Shown here: piece after piece, positions 8,637 through 14,578 of the stretch | Layout: every line of letters begins with the position of its first letter | How positions within the stretch are numbered: position 1 is the first letter of the stretch | NCBI GenBank assembly: GCA_937900185.1 | Contig: CALCCW010000021.1 | Coordinates: 1 to 14,578 of the forward strand | Direction: 5' to 3' | Length of the DNA: 14,578 nt | Source: an uncultured candidate division Zixibacteria bacterium | Lineage (GTDB): Bacteria > Zixibacteria > MSB-5A5 > GN15 > FEB-12 | Program-made: the position numbers and the translations under genes | The notes under the pieces: generated by a model | Database searches by the model: none | What the model saw: the letters and a program-made list of their open reading frames with translations, nothing else | What the model was told of the DNA's origin: nothing

Positions 8637-9755
8637 ATGGCAAAATACAAAATCGCCTGGCTGCCCGGTGACGGTGTCGGCAATGAAGTTTTGGAAGCAG
8701 CAAAAATAGTCCTCGATAAATTAGAACTTGATGCCGAGTACATTCATGGCGATATAGGCTGGGAATTCTGGAAAACTGAAGCAAATCCGCTTCCTGATAG
8801 AACTATCGACCTTATGAATAATACTGATTGTGCTTTGTTTGGTGCGATTACTTCTCTGCCAAAGGAAGAAGCCGAAAATGAACTTATTCCCGAACTGCAG
8901 GGGAAAGGACATGTATATGCATCGCCGATTGTCAGGCTCAGACAAGAGTTTAATCTCGCAACAAACTTACGTCCGTGTAAGGCATATATCGGAAACCCTC
9001 TGAACTATAGAGATGATATCGATATAGTTGTTTTTAGAGAAAACACTGAAGGGCTCTATGTCGGTTTAGAATTTCATCCGCTTCCTCAAGAATTACGTGA
9101 CTCTATACATAAATATAACAAAAAAATGGCTCGCTTTGACAAAGTTGCCAATGAAGATTTGGCGATTTCTATGCGTATTTTCTCTCGTGAAGGATGCCGT
9201 TCTATTGTGACAGATGCTTTTGAATATGCTAAAAAAACAGGACGGAAATCTGTCACGGTTGTTGAAAAACCAAATGTCATCAGAGAAACATCAGGGCTCA
9301 TGGTTCGCACAGCTCGTGAAGTTGCTAAAAACTACCCCGGTATTGAACTTTGGGAAACAAATATCGATGCTATGTGTATGTGGCTTGTAAAAAATCCGCA
9401 GAATTATTCTGTCATCGCAACATCAAATATGTTTGGTGATATTGTCTCAGACCTATGTGCCCAACTAATTGGTGGTTTAGGTTTTGCGTCATCGGGCAAT
9501 ATCGGTGAAAAATATGCAGTCTTTGAACCAACTCACGGTTCTGCTCCAAAATATGCAGGTCAATACAAAGTCAATCCTATGGCGACACTTTTGACTGTCA
9601 AAATGATGCTGGACTGGCTTGGCGAAACTGAAATGGCTCAAAAACTTGAAACTGCTATCTCTGAAGTTATTGCTGAGAAAAAAGTACGCACCTACGATAT
9701 GGGCGGTTCCAATACGACCCTTGAAATTGGCGAGGCTGTCGCAGCAAAACTGTAG
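8637..9755 (+). CDS. Isocitrate/isopropylmalate dehydrogenase superfamily enzyme, most similar to isocitrate/homoisocitrate dehydrogenase
   Basis: TAGGAG RBS. N-terminus is IAWLPGDGVGNEV. Central region is RLRQEFNLATNLRPCKAY...DIVVFRENTEGLY (compare E. coli Icd ALRQELDLYICLRPVRYY...MVIFRENSEDIY). Metal/substrate loop is NMFGDIVSDLCAQLIGGLGFASSGNIG (compare IDH NLYGDILSD...GGLGLAPSANIG). Confidence 0.85.
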   Translation: MAKYKIAWLPGDGVGNEVLEAAKIVLDKLELDAEYIHGDIGWEFWKTEANPLPDRTIDLMNNTDCALFGAITSLPKEEAENELIPELQGKGHVYASPIVRLRQEFNLATNLRPCKAYIGNPLNYRDDIDIVVFRENTEGLYVGLEFHPLPQELRDSIHKYNKKMARFDKVANEDLAISMRIFSREGCRSIVTDAFEYAKKTGRKSVTVVEKPNVIRETSGLMVRTAREVAKNYPGIELWETNIDAMCMWLVKNPQNYSVIATSNMFGDIVSDLCAQLIGGLGFASSGNIGEKYAVFEPTHGSAPKYAGQYKVNPMATLLTVKMMLDWLGETEMAQKLETAISEVIAEKKVRTYDMGGSNTTLEIGEAVAAKL

Positions 9756-9785
9756 ATATTTAAGGATACTAAATATATATAATCC

Positions 9786-9821
9786 AAGCAGGTTGAATTT
9801 ATTTCAACCTGCTTTTTTATT
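9786..9821. terminator. Bidirectional Rho-independent terminator between convergent genes
   Basis: Stem AAGCAGGTTGAA (9786-9797), loop TTTATT, stem TTCAACCTGCTT (9804-9815). TTTTTTAT follows on the plus strand and an A/T-rich run follows on the minus strand. The stem overlaps the rdgB stop codon (9804-9806). Confidence 0.7.
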
Positions 9822-10409
9822 TAACCTATTTATAATCAGAGTACGGACTTCCTGAAGTGCCAACCCTCTATGAGATATTATATTTTTCTCTTCAATGGTC
9901 ATCTCTGAAAATAGTTTTTGTGATTGCGGGTAGAAAAAAATCGGGTCATACCCAAAACCATCTCTATCGTCTATAGATTCCGCTATGAAGCCCTCAGCTA
10001 TGCCGTCGACGGTTTCAGTAGTAGACTCATCCCAACAGATAGTCATCACACAGCGGAATCGTGCCGTTCGTTTCTCAATAGGAATGTTTTTTAAATCATC
10101 AATAAGCTTTTTGCTATTATCTGTATAAGTTACATTTTCTCCGGCGTAGCGGGATGAGTAAACCCCCGGAGCTCCACTTAAGGCATCTACTTCAAGTCCG
10201 GTGTCGTCTGCCAAGGCGGGGAGACCGGTAAATTCATAAATTGCTTTTGCCTTAAGCAGAGAATTTTCTTCAAGAGTTGTGCCGGTTTCTTCAATATCGG
10301 GAAACTCTAAAAAATCATCACGAGTCATAATAGTGATAGGCAGGTCATCCAAGAGATTTTTCATCTCTTTAATTTTGTCTTGATTATTGGTAGCTAATAC
10401 AAGCTGCAT
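9804..10409 (-). CDS. rdgB: Non-canonical purine NTP pyrophosphatase (dITP/XTP pyrophosphatase, RdgB/Ham1 family)
   Basis: Begins MQLVLATNNQDKIKEMK. C-terminal region reads ...DGFGYDPIFFYPQ...TIEEKNIISHRGLAL, which are classic Ham1/RdgB motifs. Length is 201 aa. Confidence 0.9.
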   Translation of the reverse strand: MQLVLATNNQDKIKEMKNLLDDLPITIMTRDDFLEFPDIEETGTTLEENSLLKAKAIYEFTGLPALADDTGLEVDALSGAPGVYSSRYAGENVTYTDNSKKLIDDLKNIPIEKRTARFRCVMTICWDESTTETVDGIAEGFIAESIDDRDGFGYDPIFFYPQSQKLFSEMTIEEKNIISHRGLALQEVRTLIINRLNKKAG

Positions 10410-10917
10410 AATTTGTCTATTCCAATTTTAGTTTTTTCTTTAATCATAAATTAGTAGTAAACGGATGATATACGCAATCATTTTTTGTAAATTTTTCCGC
10501 AATAGTCATTGCGAACGGAGTCCGCAATTAGCGGAAGAAGTGTGGTAATCTTATTTTTGAGACCTGCACTTATTCCACTTCCATACAAGGAAATGACAAT
10601 TTTAAAAATATTAAAAGCAGAATGAGCATCCTTTCCGCCTTGGCGGACTCAGTAGGGGACAAGCAGCCTGTTCCTCTAAGACAGCCTCAATGCCCTGTCA
10701 GAACACAAATGGAAATGTTGAGGCATGCCTCAACCCTACAATTGTTTCCCCGAGGAATTAAGGGGTGAGTTTATTTTCATAGTGTTAGGGCTGGACTTCG
10801 TGTCAAGCACGGAGATGAGTTCAAGAGATAGAGATGTCTGGTTTCTCTCAATTATACTTTTTTAGAAGCGGAACCGAGACCTACTATTTTATAAATGGAA
10901 GTGTATATCATGATTTA

Positions 10918-11757
10918 TTAGTATCTGCTAATATCGACTCTGGTGATATTGATGATTTCTCTGCCCATGAAACGTGATGCGACCGATGAAAACTTTTCGG
11001 GAACATCTGATACAAAATATTTTAAATCTCCTTCAGGAGCAGGAACTTGAGAACTATAAGGATGTAACAACTCCATGGTTGTGATTTTTCTAAACGATTC
11101 TTTGGCAGTTTCTTCACCGGAATCAATTAACTTTACATTGTCACCCATAATCTCGGTGATGATATTTTTGAGTAGAGGATAATGGGTACAACCTAAAACT
11201 AAAGTATCAATGCCGACATCAATCATAGTCTGTAAATAATCGCGGGCAATCATATATGTCGCCTCTTTGTCAATATATCCCTCCTCAACAAGGGGAACAA
11301 AAAGAGGACAGGCTAAAGAGAATACTTTCAACAGTGGGTCAATTTCATGAATAAAACTTGCATAAGCATTTGAGTTGATCGTTGCATTGGTTCCGATGAT
11401 TCCGATTTTCCCGTTTTTGGTTTCTTCAGCAGCAGCCTTTGCTCCGGGTTCGATAACTCCGACTATTTTAATATCAGTATCTTTTTGAATCTCCGGTAAT
11501 GCTGTTGATGATGCTGTATTGCAGGCACAGATTATAAATTTAACTTTTTGTTCTGAGAGGAAAGCGATGTCTTGTTTTGTAAATTGTGTTATAATTTCTT
11601 TTGATCGTCCGCCGTATGGGGTCCGTCCAACATCACCGAAATACACAAAATTTTCAAACGGGAGTAATGCAATAATCTCTTTTAAGACAGTTAAGCCTCC
11701 GACTCCCGAGTCAAATATTCCTATTGGTGCTGTGCGGTCATTGTGTAATGTATCCAT
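10918..11757 (-). CDS. murI: Glutamate racemase
   Basis: IGIFDSGVGGLTVL, the CNTAS catalytic Cys motif and the GCTHYPLL second catalytic Cys motif are all present. Length is 279 aa. The gap to the upstream amidase gene is 6 nt. Confidence 0.95.
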   Translation of the reverse strand: MDTLHNDRTAPIGIFDSGVGGLTVLKEIIALLPFENFVYFGDVGRTPYGGRSKEIITQFTKQDIAFLSEQKVKFIICACNTASSTALPEIQKDTDIKIVGVIEPGAKAAAEETKNGKIGIIGTNATINSNAYASFIHEIDPLLKVFSLACPLFVPLVEEGYIDKEATYMIARDYLQTMIDVGIDTLVLGCTHYPLLKNIITEIMGDNVKLIDSGEETAKESFRKITTMELLHPYSSQVPAPEGDLKYFVSDVPEKFSSVASRFMGREIINITRVDISRY

Positions 11758-11763
11758 TTGAAA

Positions 11764-13248
11764 TTAGTTGCTTTCGTATTTTGATTTGAATCTTTTGATT
11801 GCTTTATAGACAGATTTTGCAACTTCTTTTTGGTACTTTTTGCTTTTAAGAAGTTTTTCTTCTCTTTTGTTCGAAATGAACCCTGTTTCTAAAAGAACCG
11901 ATGGAGCGTAGACTTTATTTAAGACAAAAAAGCCTGCTTGGTCAACACCTCTTGCTGGAATTTGTAGATTTTTGCGAAACTCTCTATCAACCATAACGGC
12001 GAAGTCATGTGATTCTGTTTGGAACTCGGTCATAATCATTTCATTTATGATACCTAAAATAGGGTCATTAAAGTCAATCATTGGAGTAGTCTCTGTTGAA
12101 CTTTCCGGTTCTTGGTCTCTTAAGAAAGCAGAGTTTTCAAATTGTGCAACCGAGCGTGCAGAATCATTTTTTGCCTGAGCCAAAAAGAAAACATTCCATC
12201 CTCTGACATGTGTTTTCGGCGATGCGTTGGCATGAATTGAGATGAACAAATCACATGCGGACTGGTTGGCAATTTTTGCCCGTTCCTCAAGGGTCATAGT
12301 TTTATCTCGGTCACGAGTCATAATGACTTTGAACTGTTTATCTTTCCGAATGAGTTTGGCAAGTTCTTTGGCAATGGCAAGTGACACATCTTTTTCACGA
12401 ATATTTTTCTGCCCGACAGCACCATAGTCGTTACCACCGTGTCCGGCATCTATGACAATAATATCAATCTTCTTATCAGGTCCGATAGTTGTTTGGGAGT
12501 CGTTTGGGTCCATCTCAAAGTCGGTATCAGCAATAGAAATCTGAATTCGGGAAGGGTTGTTTTGCAGTTTATGATGCCATTTATTGATTTTTCTCTTTAA
12601 GCGAATTGAAATTTGTCCGGTACTGTTTTGCTGATGTGTCTTCAGCTTATACATATATTTGGAGTTCATTCGAGATTGAATTTGAGAACGGTTTAACCTG
12701 CCGTTACGAATTGAAATATTTATCCAGTTTCCCTCGGTAACAAAAATATCATACGCCAATGCGGATGTAAGAAATACTTCCAAAAGAAGTCCGTTTGCTT
12801 TATTGGTACAAGAGATATCAGTTACATTAAAATATTCTGAATTGATACGAATTGTTTTGTTTGTTTTGTCCCAAACAACTTTTTGAAAAATAACTTCATC
12901 CCAAAATCGTATAAATGTCTCGGCAGGCAAAAAGAGTTTACCTTTTTTATAAACAGACGGGTATGTCATGTTAAGCAAAGAATTATTACGCTTGAAATAT
13001 GGTGAGCCTATCACAAATTCAAACCTGTTCGTATCTTCAACAAATTGAATCGTTTGTCCGAGTGATTTCCAATCAAGAGTTCCGCCGACTAATTCTACTA
13101 TTTCGGAAAAGGAAACATAATGTATATCATCTTTTTTAAATGAATCTATCTTTTCTTCAGCACCTGAAATCAGCAAGGTAACGTCTTTTGCCATAGAAAC
13201 ATTAGGGAGCAAGAGAAGTATTAATATAAGAGCAATATATTTACGCAT
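11764..13248 (-). CDS. N-acetylmuramoyl-L-alanine amidase (Amidase_3 family, AmiC-like) with an N-terminal targeting/AMIN-like region
   Basis: Signal peptide is MRKYIALILILLLLPNVSMA. The C-terminal catalytic domain begins IIVIDAGHGGNDYGAVGQ...KDVSLAIAKELAKLI...ISIHANA. It is followed by EFRKNLQIPARGVDQAGFFVLNKVYAPSVLLETGFISN, typical of MurNAc-LAA domains. Confidence 0.85.
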   Translation of the reverse strand: MRKYIALILILLLLPNVSMAKDVTLLISGAEEKIDSFKKDDIHYVSFSEIVELVGGTLDWKSLGQTIQFVEDTNRFEFVIGSPYFKRNNSLLNMTYPSVYKKGKLFLPAETFIRFWDEVIFQKVVWDKTNKTIRINSEYFNVTDISCTNKANGLLLEVFLTSALAYDIFVTEGNWINISIRNGRLNRSQIQSRMNSKYMYKLKTHQQNSTGQISIRLKRKINKWHHKLQNNPSRIQISIADTDFEMDPNDSQTTIGPDKKIDIIVIDAGHGGNDYGAVGQKNIREKDVSLAIAKELAKLIRKDKQFKVIMTRDRDKTMTLEERAKIANQSACDLFISIHANASPKTHVRGWNVFFLAQAKNDSARSVAQFENSAFLRDQEPESSTETTPMIDFNDPILGIINEMIMTEFQTESHDFAVMVDREFRKNLQIPARGVDQAGFFVLNKVYAPSVLLETGFISNKREEKLLKSKKYQKEVAKSVYKAIKRFKSKYESN

Positions 13249-13253
13249 ATATT

Positions 13254-13718
13254 TTATAAATCTTTCTTTAAGGCAGATTTAATTTTTCGGGCAGCATCTG
13301 CTTTAGCGATGACCTCACGTTTATCATACTTCTTACGTCCAATAGCCAGGGAGAGTTCGATTTTAAATACTTTACCTTTTAAATAAATAGAAAGAGGAAT
13401 CAGGGTCATCCCTTTTTGTTCAGTTTTAGCTTTGAGTTTACGTATCTCTCTTTTATGAAGCAGTAATCTTCGGATTCGCAGAGGATCATGATTGTTCTCG
13501 TTTGACATTTTATATGGAGAAATATGCAGATTTTTCAGCAAAACTTCTCCATTGTTAATTTCTGCATAGGCATCACTGATATTAACTTTACCGTCACGCA
13601 TAGATTTAACTTCACTTCCCAAAAGAGAAATTCCGACCTCAAGAGTAGCGGTGATTTCGTAATCATGTCTTGCCTTACGGTTTCGGACAATTATTTTATG
13701 TTTCTCAGACTGATTCAT
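13254..13718 (-). CDS. smpB: SsrA-binding protein
   Basis: IIVRNRKARHDYEI...LLGSEVKS...LLLHKREI are characteristic SmpB motifs. Length is 154 aa. The stop lies 5 nt before the amidase start, indicating an operon. Confidence 0.95.
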   Translation of the reverse strand: MNQSEKHKIIVRNRKARHDYEITATLEVGISLLGSEVKSMRDGKVNISDAYAEINNGEVLLKNLHISPYKMSNENNHDPLRIRRLLLHKREIRKLKAKTEQKGMTLIPLSIYLKGKVFKIELSLAIGRKKYDKREVIAKADAARKIKSALKKDL

Positions 13719-13877
13719 ACCGACAGAATAGGATTTTTCAGCCGATTTTGCAATTAAAAAGAGCTAAATCATTATGAAAGATATAGTTAATTTACTGTTA
13801 ACTGTTTACAGCAATATGTCGATACTTATTAATGATGATAGTAAGTATCAATGTTCCTTGTAGATAAGGGGGAAAGT

Positions 13878-14276
13878 ATGACTGCTAATGAAGCGAAACA
13901 AAAACGTATTTTGATAATAGATGATGATGAGGTAATTACCGGTTTGATTCAGACTCTCTTGTCAAAAGAAGGGTATACTGTTTATACTGCGAATAATGGT
14001 CTTGATGGCGAAAAAATGGCTTTAGAGAATAAACCGCATCTCATTTTTATGGATATTAGTATGCCGGAACAAGATGGCTATGAAACAACAGAAAAAATAA
14101 AAAATTATCCTGAATTACGTGAAATCCCGATTGTCTTTTTAACCGGGCAATCTGCCGGTGAAGATAAAGGAAGAGCGTTTGCCAAGGGGGGAACCTCTTT
14201 TATATGTAAACCATTTGCCAATCAACAGCTTATAAGTTTAACAACATTGATTCTTGAAACTGTTCAAGTTGATTAA
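13878..14276 (+). CDS. Single-domain CheY-like response regulator (receiver domain only)
   Basis: A GGGGGAAAG RBS favours the internal ATG at 13878 (MTANEAK...) over the track start at 13851. Receiver residues are the acidic pocket IIDDDE, the phospho-acceptor in FMDISMP, Thr in FLTGQ, and Lys in CKPF. No output domain is present. Confidence 0.85.
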   Translation: MTANEAKQKRILIIDDDEVITGLIQTLLSKEGYTVYTANNGLDGEKMALENKPHLIFMDISMPEQDGYETTEKIKNYPELREIPIVFLTGQSAGEDKGRAFAKGGTSFICKPFANQQLISLTTLILETVQVD

Positions 14277-14337
14277 GGTTTTTAATAAAGAAGTCGATAT
14301 AGTTTGCAGACACTAAAAAGAAAGAAATTACTAAGTT

Positions 14338-14406
14338 ATGTCATATAAACTTGACTTAAATACAGCCAAGATTTTCATCGTTGATGATGAACCGGAAATT
14401 ACTGAA
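14338..14406 (+). CDS. N-terminal fragment of a second receiver-domain response regulator, truncated by the adapter junction
   Basis: MSYKLDLNTAKIFIVDDEPEITE is a typical REC N-terminus. The reading frame then runs straight into the Illumina adapter at 14407, so the downstream residues and the stop are artefactual. Confidence 0.55.
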
Positions 14407-14464
14407 AGATCGGAAGAGCGTCGTGTAGGGAAAGAGTGTAGATCTCGGTGGTCGCCGTATCATT
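14407..14464. other. Illumina TruSeq universal adapter (reverse complement): non-biological contamination
   Basis: Exact 58-nt match to AGATCGGAAGAGCGTCGTGTAGGGAAAGAGTGTAGATCTCGGTGGTCGCCGTATCATT. Confidence 0.97.
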
Positions 14465-14578
14465 AAAAAAAAAAGAAAAAGAGAAAGAGACAGAGAAAAA
14501 AAAAGAAAAGAAAAAAAAAGAGAGAAGAGTAGGAGTAAGAACTAGTCAATAATCGCGAAGCAGATTAACATGAGAACA
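14465..14578. other. Low-complexity poly(A)/AG-rich tail and unrelated sequence downstream of the adapter. It is not contiguous genomic sequence.
   Basis: The run AAAAAAAAAAGAAAAAGAGAAAGAGACAGAGAAAAAAAAAGAAAAG... sits directly after the adapter. This is typical of read-through junk or a chimeric join. Confidence 0.85.

Noticed and set aside
8033-9855. Small ORFs 8033..8215 (+), 8212..8445 (-), 8721..8945 (-), 9086..9310 (-), 9619..9855 (+)
   Set aside because: They are frame shadows within the OMP paralog and the IDH-family gene. 9619..9855 additionally runs across the terminator and rdgB 3' end.
10410-10917. tmRNA (ssrA), RNase P RNA or SRP RNA in the murI-rdgB spacer, considered because smpB is nearby
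   Set aside because: Conserved cores were sought on both strands and not found. tmRNA: tRNA-like T-loop and CCA end. RNase P: GGAAAGUCCGG / AGGGUGAAA / ACAGAACCCGGCUUA. SRP: AGGUCCGGAAGGAAGCAGC. Only generic hairpins are present.
11519-13757. Small plus-strand ORFs 11519..11761, 11972..12178, 12242..12427, 13524..13757
   Set aside because: They are antisense to the tightly packed smpB-amidase-murI operon. All three real genes show hallmark catalytic motifs.
14465-14540. Long A-rich tract as a possible biological poly(A)/homopolymer repeat
   Set aside because: It directly follows a perfect Illumina adapter. This is the expected read-through artefact, not genomic sequence.
1-14578. CRISPR arrays, IS elements with terminal inverted repeats, integrase/transposase genes, tRNA genes
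   Set aside because: No regularly spaced direct repeats, no transposase or integrase-like ORFs, and no tRNA cloverleaf candidates were seen. The only repeat is the 21-nt intergenic element reported above.

Overview
This is AT-rich bacterial chromosomal DNA, and both contig ends are contaminated with Illumina adapter sequence. The Shine-Dalgarno usage, the T9SS-type C-terminal sorting domain and the FadL/PorV-like outer-membrane proteins suggest an FCB-group or candidate-phylum organism. Left to right, the window contains:
- A multihaem c-type cytochrome gene on the minus strand, missing from the ORF track because the window edge cuts its 3' end.
- A divergently transcribed, translationally coupled two-gene cassette. 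The first gene encodes a YdjI/COG4260-like SPFH (band-7) protein ending in three tandem zinc ribbons. The second encodes an internally duplicated zinc-ribbon protein of unknown function. This cassette is the most interesting candidate for a novel system.
- A secreted BNR/Asp-box beta-propeller protein with a T9SS-type C-terminal sorting domain. Two paralogous FadL/PorV-like outer-membrane beta-barrel genes follow it, then an isocitrate-dehydrogenase-family gene, all on the plus strand. A bidirectional terminator closes this block.
- A minus-strand housekeeping cluster smpB, AmiC-like amidase, murI, then a 500-bp GC-richer structured spacer, then rdgB.
- One complete and one truncated CheY-like response regulator at the right end.
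A 21-nt element with a palindromic core occurs in two intergenic regions. The last ~170 nt are a perfect TruSeq adapter reverse complement followed by poly-A/G junk, and nt 1-14 resemble an adapter remnant, so the contig ends are artefactual.
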